DNA from: Rhina ancylostomus
Lineage: Eukaryota
Reading direction: 5' to 3'
Assembly (NCBI GenBank): GCA_030265395.1
Contig: JARFYF010000094.1
Span: 68,166,280-68,230,193, forward strand
Length of the DNA stretch: 63,914 nt
Shown here in pieces: positions 13,965-26,500 of the stretch. The notes under the pieces were generated by a model. That model saw nothing but the letters and a program-made list of their open reading frames with translations. It ran no database searches and had not been told where the DNA came from. The first letter of the stretch is position 1. Each line of letters starts with the position of its first letter. A program made the position numbers and the translations under genes.

Positions 13965-15190
13965 TTTGTTGTATGTGTCTTATAGTTGCAGACTACTTAC
14001 TCTAAGGTATGCTATGGCCTAGTTGGTGTTTTGGGTTACCACCATCTCTTTTGTTGTGTACTTCTGCACTTCCGCCATCCATATTGTCACTATTCTCTCG
14101 ATACCTTAGTAAATGTCAATGCACTGTATAGCTGTTCAAGCTCTTAGGTAGCAGTTCTCCATGTATGTGACCTTCGTGCATCTTCTTCAGTGATCTTCGT
14201 TGCACCTTTTTCAGTATGATGATCCTGAATACAACCAGTAAAACACAACTGTCCAGTAAGCAATCGTCTTTGCAAACATCTTATTGCTTTGTTATTTGCT
14301 CAGGCCACACCCGAATCACTTGTAGAGAGCGCATCCATAATTCCTCTTGTATAATTCTTATAACTCTGATCTTACTTACTTTTGCTTTTTTCCCCATATT
14401 TCCAGGAATGTATGTTCATACCTTGATCTCTCATCTTCCTCTTGCTGTTTAGACTTTGAGGGTGCATGTCTTCTCCCAATGGTTGCAGTTACCACGTGAT
14501 TTATAGCTTGATGCATATCCTGAAGAGTTCTTTCTGTGGACCTTGTAATTATTGGCATATGCTATGCAGCTTTATTCCAGTCAGGTTTTCATTCCTTTGT
14601 TTTTGTTGACTGCATCAACCCTGATTCCATTCCCTGGAGGTTGGCTGTGAGAATAGTTGATTAGTCAATGTCATAATCAGTCATGTGGCTTCCTGTGTTC
14701 TGGTTGAGTCTAGAGCTTGTGCTATAGTGAACTCCTCCTTCACCAGCAAAGCTTTCTGCTTTTCTGGGTATACTGAGCCTCCAAGTGAGCTGGTCCATGA
14801 ACTTTTCTTTCATTTCCTTGAATTTACATTTACTAGCTGTATTTCTAGACTGTGTAAAGAAATTGCCTCAGGTCTTTGAACTTGTATTTGGAGATCCAGG
14901 AATTTGATTTCAAATCAAGGTGAATGCTGAACTCTTTGAAGATCTTGTCAGGACTTTTATTCTCTGACTCTCTTATTCACCAACTGCTGAAAACATCCAA
15001 TTCTTTATCTCTCATTCATAAGAGAGCTGAACTCTTCTTCATCACTGATGCCTTTAGCAAACTGTTGAATGCCAGTTTACATTTTTGCTTACATTTTCCA
15101 AATTCCTCCACAATGTTGACAGCCTCCTTGTTCATCAAAGCCTGGAGCAATGGAGTTATTGCAGCCATCTTTCACTCACTTCAGGCGCAC
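13965..15190 (-). mobile_element. Decayed Gypsy/Ty3 LTR retrotransposon gag(-protease) remnant
   Basis: From ATG 15168 (minus): MAAITPLLQALMNKEAVNIVEEFGKCKQKCKLAFNSLLK...*...KELDVFSSW*...PDKIFKEFSIHLDLKSNSWISKYKFKDLRQ...QKALLVKEEFTIAQALDSTRTQEA. Resembles the metazoan Gypsy gag pattern (FKQ.C.L.F..L; F..LRQ; LL....LTL..ALD..RT.EA). Many stops. Confidence 0.55.
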
Positions 15191-18100
15191 CGTCTTCATG
15201 TGTTACTGCTGTTATTTTTTGATAAGTCTTTGATAAGCCTTCACATCATTCCATGTGGTAGGGAATTTCATTCACTAGCCTATCTTGTTCTTCCCACTGC
15301 TTTGTTTCTTAATTATATTTTAAGATTCAAATCTCAGATTTCAAATCTGTGGTTGTCATTGTGTTTATTTTCAGAATAATGGCCATGTGCTGCCGAGTTG
15401 TAGAATGTGTATTTTTGTTTTACACAGCATGTATTGTGCTAGTGAGTGGTACAACAAATACTAATGTATATTTGCACATTGCAATATATAGACCCTTGTT
15501 CATTCTTGCAAATCACATAACCAAAATATTAAACAAATGCCTTTTGTAAGTCCATTGAACAAATGAGCTTTTGGCAGGAGAACACGTGGAACAGTATGAT
15601 TGAACAGAACCACAAATGATTAGAACTTTGCCAGAACTTGTGGCCAGGGAGCTCACTAGTAAAAGAGATTGCTGGTTGACAGATATTGAAAATAGGAAGG
15701 CTCAAGTCTGGAAAGCAAATAGAGTGCAAGCCACAACAAACAAGAGCCACACGGCATCTGTAGGCAGGGCACTTGTCCAACAGCTTCCCAACAGAGAGCT
15801 TTCGAGATCTCAAGTGGCTTTGTTGCTGACTGAGCAGTATATTATCATCAATGTTACTGACAACCTGCGGTTGCTTACACTGTTGCAATTCTACTTATTC
15901 AAAGTTTTTTTTTCTCTTGCATTAGTGAGGCACATTCAGAAGTAGAGAGCAGACCCACATGGTCCTATGCCCTGAATGACATAATAATCATGATAATGGG
16001 GCCACCACAACCTGCCCCAATGTTAGCCACATCCAAGAATCTGCTGGTAATGTTCACAGAAAAGCTATCAGGTTTTGACAGCCTGGGTAATTCACATTCA
16101 TCACAGTCCATTGCATTAAGGGCAGTTATTTAATGCACCTTTCTAGCTTTGCTTGATCAGTCAACGCTGCAGATCAACTACTAATCTTGTAGTCCACATA
16201 TCTCAGCATACCTAAGCTTTGACTTATCCAGAGGAACTCCAATTATTTGTTAATATTCAGGTTCAACAGTTATTCTTATATAGTACAATTTTCCAGAAGG
16301 ATAACATAAATATACAATATGCCTGCTCCTTACATCACATGTTTAGTTTTTCTTGCACTTTTATCCTTAAGAATAAATTAATTGAAATTGAAATAAAGAG
16401 AAAGTAATCAGCAAATAGCATGGGAAAGCATTTTGATGCTATACTTGCTCTAGCGAGACAAAATAGAATGAAAATTATATCAAATTATTGACAAAAACAG
16501 TTGTAGAAGAAGCTTGATTTATTTCAACGGCTCTCCATACCAAGTAATATACTTAATGGCTCCAGGGAAAACAGGTATATTAAATCATTTGGAAAATAAT
16601 TTGTATTATGCATGCAAATTAAATATGTCCTGTCTCATTTCCATGTGGGCTGGGAGGCAGTTGAACAGATGATGGAGTCTGTTTCCTTTAACAGTATGAC
16701 TGAGGTGAATGAGCACTGCTGATAACTGCTCAATGGCCACGAGGCACACAGAACAAAGAGCAGAAACAAGACATTAGAGCCAAGGATAAGACAGCATCAA
16801 TAGCACTTAGTGAAACAGACAAGACAAGATTAGCTGTGAACATTTAAAATGAATGGGTAATGGATGGTAACATAGATCAAAAAAGTGGTGCAGTGAGTGG
16901 TACAAGGATGAGCAGACACCTGAAAAGTGTTGGTCAAAAGGAGCCTAAGAAGTCGGGACATTAAAAGGTGTTTGCTGTATACTGCAGGATTAAATAGCCT
17001 GAAGAAGACCAGAAGGTTGGTTTAGGAACAAAGGTCACCGTTATGACCAGCGGGCTCTCACCTCATCATTTATTATTTGGCTGTTAACGTGAACACAAAG
17101 AGAAAAAAATTTCTTCCTTAGGAAATGCATTTTTTTGTTGGAAGCTATCTTAAATTGTACTTGGAAAATAAATGCAACAGTTTACACATAAATAGAATGT
17201 ATGCATAAATATTACATGGTTTGTTTCTTTTTGAAGTTTATGTCATGAATGATTTAATACAAGTGGGAGAAGTTCCACTGATTCAATGGAAAAGAATTTC
17301 AGAAGCAGAGTTCAGCAAGCATACATTACTACACTGCATATTTAGCACGTGCAATGGAGGATGAATTTCTACCTGTTTTGCTATTTTATCTCTGACAGAA
17401 AGTGCAGGGGTATGATAAAAGAACAGAATATTACAAGCACAGGATCATACTTCACTAAGATGTTGCTCAATGTTGCTCATTAAAGCGGAGAATGCTTTTA
17501 TACACCTATCACAAATTTCTCGAAAATTAAGGGAAATGACAAAAGTAAAAATTTTGCACTCTGCAATTTATACACCTTTTAGAACTCCCACACTGAGTCC
17601 CTCAATTTGCATAGGGCATAAATTGTTTGCATATTCTGGATACAAATCTTCTACAGAAAAATAACAATGTATTTCTCTCAGAAAATTATGTTGTCACCAA
17701 GGAGAAAAAACAAGTTGTACAATGAAAGGTACAATCCCTGATTATTTCCTACATTACTCTGTCCCTAAGGGAACAAAGCTCTTCTGTCTGTTAGCATATG
17801 ACATTCAATTTTATTTTCAAAATGCTAGCCTAACGTCAAAGTGAGACAAGAACCAAACAACGTGATATAGTGAGATTTGCCACAATGCTTAATATTTATG
17901 ACACATCTGAAATTATTGTGGCTCCCAGGACCTAGGACTCAGAAAATTATAATGGATGTTTTCAAAACAAAGNNNNNNNNNNNNNNNNNNNNNNNNNNNN
18001 NNNNNNNNNNNNNNNNNNNNNNNNNNNNNNNNNNNNNNNNNNNNNNNNNNNNNNNNNNNNNNNNNNNNNNNNTGGATGTTTTCAAAACAAAGACATAATT

Positions 18101-19819
18101 CATCTTTACTCTTTCCTTTGGGTATTTAGATGAAAGATTAGTTACTTTATGAGAATGAATTTCAAATGTATACATCTCCAATGAATTAACTATTTGCTTA
18201 ACCAGGTTTCTTCTTTGATATAGGTATTTCCAGCCTTGAGTATGATTAAATAACCAAAACCAAGTTGCTCTTTTATTGTTCTTCCTTTAGTCACATTATT
18301 TCTCTTTTGTAGGCTATCATTGCATGGAAATTTGCAAACTGTTTGTAAGTGCCCAAGATTATTGCAGGAGGCTAGGTATAAGGTGGGGGTAAGTTCTTTG
18401 AACTGTATTGAGACATCACAGCCAATTCTCTGTTACTTTGCCTAGCACACATACAAACAGATACTGGCACAGATCAGGACTAGGAACAATGATGATGGTC
18501 TCCTCATTTCTAGCTAAGAAGCTACTGGTTAAGTTACTGGACTACCAGCCAAAGTTTTGAAATGTTGATCCACGGACATATTCTCAGATCTCACCATGGC
18601 ACTTAAATTATTCAAGTAATTAAAAGAATCTGCATATTTCTTACAAAAGCTGATTTCAGTAACAGTAAGCATGAAACTACTGTATTGTAAAAACACATCT
18701 TCACAGAACAAGATATGCTATCCTTCCTCAACGGGGCTAAATGTGAATCCAGTGTGGGTAACTCTTAACTAGCTCCTCTGTTCAGGGACACTTAGGAATG
18801 GACAATCAATTCCAGCATCCTGTAAACATGGCAATAAAAAGGCACTGATGCCAATGGCAGTGATTTGACCATTGGTCCAACAGCACTCTGTAAGCAAAGA
18901 TGGGACCTTACTATTCATATGATGCTCTACCATATCAGACAGTGCTATTAGCTACTAAACAATCTCGGGTACTTGCAGGAAACCTCTGTGCTTTAAGCTT
19001 TTGTGGTGAATATAATAACTCTGAGCCCATCAGCTTGTACTGCACTCTTGCTTCAACAAAAAAAAAATCAGTCATGTAGTCCCACAGCTGCCCATCATTC
19101 AAACACCTGTCCAACTTGGGCTGGTTTTGTAGATTCTCACTATTTCACCTTTACATTGCAATGGACTATGTAACAGGGGAAAGGCTGACAACAGAGTCAT
19201 CCCTTTTTCCTGTCCATCATTTACAGACTTACAATATGACAGACTTCTGTTCATACTGTGCCCTGGACAATTCTTATCTGCAGTTAATGTGCAGATGCTG
19301 TTGATTACTTTTGAGTTTACCTGGAAGAGTTTATTGCATCAATAATTTTAACATTACCAAGCAATTAGAGAACAGCTCAAAGTTAGCTCAAGCTTCCAGG
19401 CAACAATAAACATTTAAACCTCAATAATTGCAATCAGAAGCAGTAACACAAAAGTACTCATTGGTTTTGAGATCTGATTTAACACAGATGCCCTTTCTTC
19501 AGTCTATGTTCACCAATATGAGCAATGCTGCCAAGGGCATACTTATTTCTCGATGTTCTTAGGAAATGCAATGGGACTTCTGGGTTGTTTACAAAGCTGA
19601 GCATTTTCATTACTAAAGAGGCCACTGAAATGAAGTAATGTACAGGCTGGACAACAAGAGTGGCACATTTGCTCCCCTGAAGGATGAAAGTTAAAACATC
19701 TAAAATTTCTGCATCAGTTAACCAATGATAGAATCTAGTCCCTTGAAGTACCAGACTCCAAAAGTCAACCTTTACACATTAGCTCCATGCAATTTCAAGT
19801 TCACATTTGGAGACTGTGT

Positions 19820-20815
19820 GCATGTAACAGTTTGTAAAATTTAGCAAAAAGGAAAGTATTAACAATAAATAGACGCATACAGTATAAAAGTAGGGGTGTT
19901 ATTTAAACCTTTACAAAACACTGGCTAGGCAACAATAAGGTATTGCATCCCAACTTGTTCATTACACTTCAGGAAGGATGTCAAAGTCCTAGAGAGGCAG
20001 GAGAAAAGATTTACTAGAATTGTTGCAGGGTTGATGGATTTCAGCTACAAAGTTAGACTGGAGAAGATTGGGTTGTTATCCTTTCAGCAAAGAAGATTGA
20101 CAGAAAAGCTGACTGAGGTTTACAAGATCATGATAGGTTTCAATGGAGTAAATAGAGAGAAGCTGTTCCCATTAGCAGGTGGCTTGAGGATGAGGGATAC
20201 ATTCAAGGTGAAAGGCAAGGATGCAAGGGGAATGTTTCACAGATTTATAGGGTCAAACAACATGGAAATGGGCCCCTTGGCCCACTGTCTCTGCGCTGAC
20301 CATCAAGCAACTATTTACACTAGTAACATTTTATTCTCTCCACATTCTCATCAACTACCCTAGATTCCACCACTCACTTACGCATTAGGGGTAATTTAGT
20401 TAATCTATCAACCTGCATGCATTTGGAATGTGGGAGGAAAATGGAACCCCAGAGGAAACCCATGTAGTCAAAGGGAGAATGTGTAAACTCCACACAAACA
20501 GTACCGGACCTTAGGAGTGAACCCAGACTGCTGGAGCTGTAAAGCAGCAGTTCTACTAGCTATGCCACTGTGCTGCTATGATGCATTACTTAAAATATGT
20601 GGGGAAACGTTTCTTCCACAGAGCGTGGCTATTATGTAGAACCCACTGCCTCAAAGGATGGTAGAAACAGGAAAAGAAATTGGATAGGTACTTGAGAGAA
20701 AATAATTTGTAGGACTACGGGAAAGAGTAGGGCCACGGGACCAATTGGATTGCTCTACAAGGAGCTGGTATAAACTCTATGAGCCAAGTGGCCTTCTATG
20801 GCACATTGATTCTAT
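19820..20815 (+). mobile_element. Old CR1 3' fragment interrupted by a SINE
   Basis: FSYKVRLEKIGLLSFQQRRLTEKLTEVYKIMIG..GVNREKLFPL. Resumes after about 20590 with gaaacgtttcttccacagagcgtgg and a 3' UTR. Confidence 0.75.
20236..20580 (-). mobile_element. V-SINE with CR1-type tail, nested in CR1
   Basis: Reverse complement of the same head and V-domain as 1530-1878 (plus strand: tgtgggaggaaaatggaaccccagaggaaacccatg...gagaatgtgtaaactccacac...gccactgtgctgc). Confidence 0.75.
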
Positions 20816-22899
20816 TTTATGTACTGTTCTTGGAAAGGTAGACAATGCATAATTGAACAAAAGGAAATTGAACAAATTTGAGAACATGTGGGAAACACAA
20901 CATATTCAATACATATCAGTGCAATGTTACTTCTTTTAGCATTACTATCATAGGATTAAATGTTGGACAGAATGAGCACACTTCTGATGGCAAGACACGC
21001 AAACTGCTTGTGTGGATGTCTGGTATCGCTGCAGAGGGAATATCTAAAACAGAGCTGAAACTCTCCATAAACCATTTCTTGAAATAATGTATGTGACAAA
21101 AATGAGATATATGGCTTTGGTCAGCATTTATTTATGCAGTGTACCTACAGCACAAATGGAGGTGGGGCATAATGAACTATTTTTACGAGCTATAACATTG
21201 TGGATGCATAAATATGACTAAATTTGGGACTTACACATACTGTAGGTGTATATAAAGTTCTGAAATTGCTGGCTGCAGTTCACTGGCAAATGACTGCATG
21301 CGAACAATGAGGCATGAGGTTAGATCAATTCCCCAAGTACAGTAAAGAATCCAGTCAAAGAATCTGTGCCATGTTCTTCCCTGTTGATCTTACCCACTTC
21401 TAGGGTCTTCACATATTCCGCATAGTCCAATGAATCAATATCCTGCATGTAGATTAACCAGTGTTTTATGGATGCTCAACATATTCTCCTTGATTCTTTT
21501 CCTTTGGTTAAATTGCAATCTTCAAAAAAAGCACTACTTCGCTGGGATTTCTCCATCTTCTATTCCTTCATGTATATCACGTCATTATTGAAGCTAAAAG
21601 ATGCTAAATCTGTATAATTTGTGAAAATGGTAACTGCATCCATCTCAACGAATGGTCACTCAAAGTCCCTTTCCCTCAAAATGGCCAGAAGAACCACCTT
21701 GCCTAAAATTGGCCCTTAGTTACAAGGTAAATACCTATACCAGCACACCCCTGTGCAACAGATTCTCTGATTCACCAAAACTTACCCTGTTCCTCAGCAC
21801 AGAGTGTAAGCAACATTTAAATATAGCTGCTGGAGTTATAAATAAAGAAAAGCCAATGCCACACATTAAAAAGCAGACAGCCCTCCAACAGTATCCAACC
21901 AATAATAGCTTTCCTCATCCTTAAGTACATCCAGGGTGAGCTGAAGCACCAATTTCTGATTAGGTCAATGGAATCTCTCTGGGACACATTAGGACTATCA
22001 AACAATTGTAGTAATCCTTGTTATGAGAAAGATTTCAGGTGCAAGTACTGATCTGAAACAAGATACCTCTGTGAGGAAAACAGACCAATTAAATTTAACA
22101 GTCACTATTTTTTCCATGGGGAAATGCTTAGTCTAGGTTTTCTTTCATCTAGTGACAATGCATATTGATAGAGCTTAACTGTTACCCTATAAATGTGCAC
22201 TGCAGAGTATACAGTCATGCACGGTTTCATGTTTGGCAACATTGTGTTCAGCCATAGACATCAATTCTTTTGGGTGTTTGACAATAATCAGAACCCTGCA
22301 AGAACAGTAGTCACTGAAATAAAATGGATATCCCTTGCTCAGCTAGATGAAGCACCCAGAATTATAAATTATTCAGAGTGACAATGTTTAATGGTACAGA
22401 CTGTTGAAACAAGTCAGAAGTTAGTCACACCAATTGCATGATAAGGAAATGCTAACACTAGATAATGGTCAGGGCATTAGGCAGCTTTTCAATTGCGTGG
22501 AAGGTTTTCCATCTGAAGTCTTCATATCAGATTGTCCAGGATCATATTACCCATCTGAATGGGTTTAATTTTATGTCAGTTATTTTTGCAAATGTTGAAA
22601 AGTAAGCAACCAAGTTAATATGTAGCCATAATGATATATATCCCTGCCATACCACCACCTCTTTTGACCCCTTCATTACCTTTGTTTTGTCATACTGTTG
22701 TCCAATATACATTCCTGAATAAGCAGAACATTTTTCCAGTTAACTGTTGTGAAAACCACTCTTCAGTCCCTTTACAATGTCTGTTTGAGCAACTGACTTG
22801 ATCCCCCCTCCTGATTGCTGTCTGATGCTGTCAAGCTGTTAATAACCAAACCATCTCCATGTGACTGAGCCAGCATCTCATTTTCACTCTTGTCTGTGA

Positions 22900-23525
22900 A
22901 AATGAGGTGGTGGCTCAGGCCCATCACTGTGCCTTCCTCACCTCACCTGGTGCAGAAGTCCCAATTCATACCATTTTCAGCTCAGAATTGTCACAGTATT
23001 CTCCTGGCCAGCCACCCAAGAGATGGATGCACCTCTATAAGCCTGAACTCATCCAATATTCTTCTGCTGGTATACTACCTCACACCAGGTCCTATTCACC
23101 CATCCCCCAGTTCTGTTCAATTTTGGTTCCCGGACCAGTGAAACATTGATTACAAGATTTTCAACCCTGTTTTCAAATCTATCTAAAGCGTCAACCCTCC
23201 CAATCTCTAACCTTCTTCATCATACAAGCCTCCAAGATCTTTGCATTCCTCAAATACTGTCCATTTTAAGTTCCTAGTATTAATTTCTTCACCCTGGTGA
23301 CTGGGTCTTTAGCAGCTGAGGCTCTAAAATTGGGAAATTCTTGCCTAATCTGCTCTGCTTCTCCACTCCTTAAACTCCACCTCATCGTTCAAGCCTTTGA
23401 ACATATGCCCTGATACCTCCTTGTCACATGGTATCAAATTTTATGTGATAACAGTACTATAAATCAGCTTGGATGTTTTGCTTCTTTAAAAGCACCACAA
23501 AAATGAATACAATGTTCTTGTTGCT
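22900..23525 (+). mobile_element. L2 LINE 3' fragment
   Basis: LYKPELIQYSSAGILPHTRSYSPI followed by w.P...IDYKIF.PVFK, the L2 ORF2 C-terminal pattern KLQLIQNSAAR...HITP...HWLP...I.FKIL. L2-like tail ttggatgttttg...aatacaatgttcttgttg. Confidence 0.65.
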
Positions 23526-26500
23526 TGCAATAACATCATTAATACTTTTAATACATCTTGTCATAAACAATATAATATTTACCAGAAAAATAGTCTTTTT
23601 CATAATATACTCATTATATATTGAATTAATTCAACCTCAGAAGCTGTTGACTTAAGCAGCCTCCAGTACTGAAATTATTGAAGCTTTATTTGTAAAATTG
23701 TGTTGATATTGTTGACTAGAGTTAAACATTATTCTATACTACAGCCATTATAAGATTTAAAATTTACCCTGAATACAAGCAATAAAACTGGCATTAATGG
23801 CAAGAGTAGTGTTACAATTCCTGTACCAAATTAACCCATTATTACATTTTACTAAATTTAAATAGGAGTTTCTTTTGTGATCTTCTCGTGTTGTATTATT
23901 ATTTATGTTTAAAATTATTCAGGCTCTTCACAAGACAGCATTATCGTACATCAATAGACTGGCTCATCAGCACAAGGTCCTTTTACATTGTGTTTTTTTA
24001 ACTAATGAGATCTTTCTTTGAAGATGTAATTGGCATGCCATAGATACAATTTTCACTAAATTTAATGACTTTCAATCAAATTTAATTTAGTGCATTAGAA
24101 TAAATCTTGCTGTTTCCAAGACATAGCTCACAAAACTGCAATGAATTGAAGTCGTCAATTAATTATTCACAAAATTATTTATACACATTTCCCTACAGTT
24201 AGTTTCTCCTATGTCTCATTTACATAATCATTAAATGGCAAAGCTTACATAGAGAGAAAAAAAGAGGTAAGGCACATCTTTATCAGCATAAACTTTACTC
24301 TATAATCAAGTCTTCCAATTCTCAGCAATTATTTTAATTGCATTTAGCACACAATATTTTTGCATGGATACAAGCCTAGATTTCTATTAAATTCCTGTGA
24401 ATTCAAACTCATTTGTTTTATGGTATGGTAATAGATTTTCTTTTAGGATGTTAATTATGCATATTTTTTATTGGTATTAAAATGCTTGCTTTTCTTCAGG
24501 ATAGATACTGAAGCAGCCACAAATCTCATTTGCCTTACATTGGTCAGATTTAGCAGTTGTTTACGTGTGCAGTGCTTGCCTACTGGATCAGCTCCATGAT
24601 TTAATCTCTCCATCTGAGTCCTTTAAACAGCACCTGACTAATTATGTCCTGAATTCAAGACAGTTTTGTACTCTGGATTTAACTCCAGTGGGGGTACAGT
24701 TTATGACTGGCTGAGTTTGATTCATTTATCGTCCTGCAAAAATCCCATAACATCACACTCGGGATTCTGATTTTAACACAATTGCTCTGTTAATCCAACA
24801 ATTATCAGAGATCTGAATAATTAATCATTGCTGGCTCTTTCATCCAACAGAATTATACACTAAGCAGCACCATTTGAATGGAGAAATTTATTTTTAAGAA
24901 GGGATCAAGCACTCAAAAGAAAATTTGGAAAAATGGTCCAACTATGAGATTAAAAATGAAAGCAATTTTAATAGAAAAATGGTCCAGAACAGAATTAAGA
25001 ACTTTAGCTATGGAAGTTTCATTTGCCTTCAAGTATTGCACTGATTTGTAGTTAATTAAGTTTTTGCATATTGAGTTTTTTTGGGAGCTGAAGCATAAAT
25101 TTAAATTGCTCATAAGCAAGTACTTTCCATGAAGTATCTGTTAATGATGTGATCAAAAGGAAAATGTTGCACAGGGCATCCAATGCATTTCAATTTATAG
25201 GCCACACTAAAGGTAATTTATATCCTTTATTGAACTTGGAGGCAGTTCAGAAATTACGCTACGATCTTCCTAGAATAGTTAATATAAAAGTTCATTATAA
25301 CACCATTTTTTTAAAGAAAAGTGAGGTTTCCTGGTTTTCAACATGCAAGTGTGTTTGCTTTAACCAGTGCTATCTGTTAATGCATCAATGGCTGTCATTC
25401 ACACTCAGTCTTCCAGTGCTCCTTCCCCTAGCCAATAGATGACCAGTTCACAGTAACTAAATGCTAAATATTACTACAACAGAAAGAGGAAATGCTGGCT
25501 GAGGTTGGTCTTATCCTTTATCAGCATGCAGTCTGATACATGTTGTGCAGATATCCAAGCTCATTGCCAATGGGTATACTGAATGGTGTCATTCTTCCCG
25601 AGAAGAAAAGTGGGTCTCATGATTTAGAAATCTGCTGACTACTATTACTTTTAGAATCCCAAGACATAGTCTTCACAGATAATTATTGTAACTCCTCATA
25701 ATTTAAGGTAAACAAGAATTAACCTCATTGATAAGGGTATGGAGAAACACACTGGCCAGACTAAATAGGGATAACGGTTTCTCTTTCTTAAGGCAAACAG
25801 TGGACCCAGCTGAGTTTTTACAAGTATTCAATAGCTTCACATGTACTTTGTTGATGCCTGTTCATGTATTTTAGACATTTAATTACTTAACTGAAGTTAA
25901 ATTCCCTAGATGCCATAATTTAACTGTTATGCTACCTTATCCCCACTTACGTGTAAATAACTAGTGTCATTCATTATTCTATGAGGCCATCCCAACAGAA
26001 ACCACATTTATATGTTAAAATGGCAAAGAAATTCAATTATAAAGCTCTTGTTATTTCAGTGCCACATTTCTAAAAGTGCACTCTAGATGAAATGAAACAC
26101 AATAATGATTTTTCTTTTGGTCATTTTGGGTCATTCTGGAAGTTCTTGCATCTCCAGCTTGAAGCCCACATCAGAAATGCATCAACTGATGTCACTCCAC
26201 AGCAATGTTCCTTTACAGACAACTAGTTTTCCATCACAGTGCTGGTGTAGAGTTCCACTAAAGTAAGTCACCATCTTCTCTATTATGCTTTTCTGGTATC
26301 ACCTCTACTCTCCACCTGACCCCCCCCCTCCACCACAAATTCACCTCCTTGATCCACCTATTCCGTCCACCCCTCAAAACCTCTTTTCCTGATCTCTCCT
26401 TGCTCCAACCCCCTGCTAAAATGACCCCAAGATTCTGGTCCTCCAATGACTCTGATTGCCTAACCTAGCCACCCAATGCCCAACCCCTCCCAAAGCAAGG

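Noticed and set aside
14924-15379. 151-aa Leu/Ser/Phe-rich plus-strand ORF
   Set aside because: Antisense shadow of the purine-rich Gypsy gag remnant; no recognisable domain.
17950-18095. Direct repeats flanking gaps (tggatgttttcaaaacaaag; also aaaggacat at 48967/49076 and a 33-mer at 50816/51397)
   Set aside because: Exact duplicates abutting N runs are typical unresolved contig overlaps, not TSDs or CRISPR-like repeats.
21398-21442. In-frame 45-nt micro-exon candidate (DIDSLDYAEYVKTLE) in the 22-kb intron
   Set aside because: The acceptor has almost no polypyrimidine tract, there is no recalled calsyntenin homology, and it would interrupt the LNS fold. Expected by chance.
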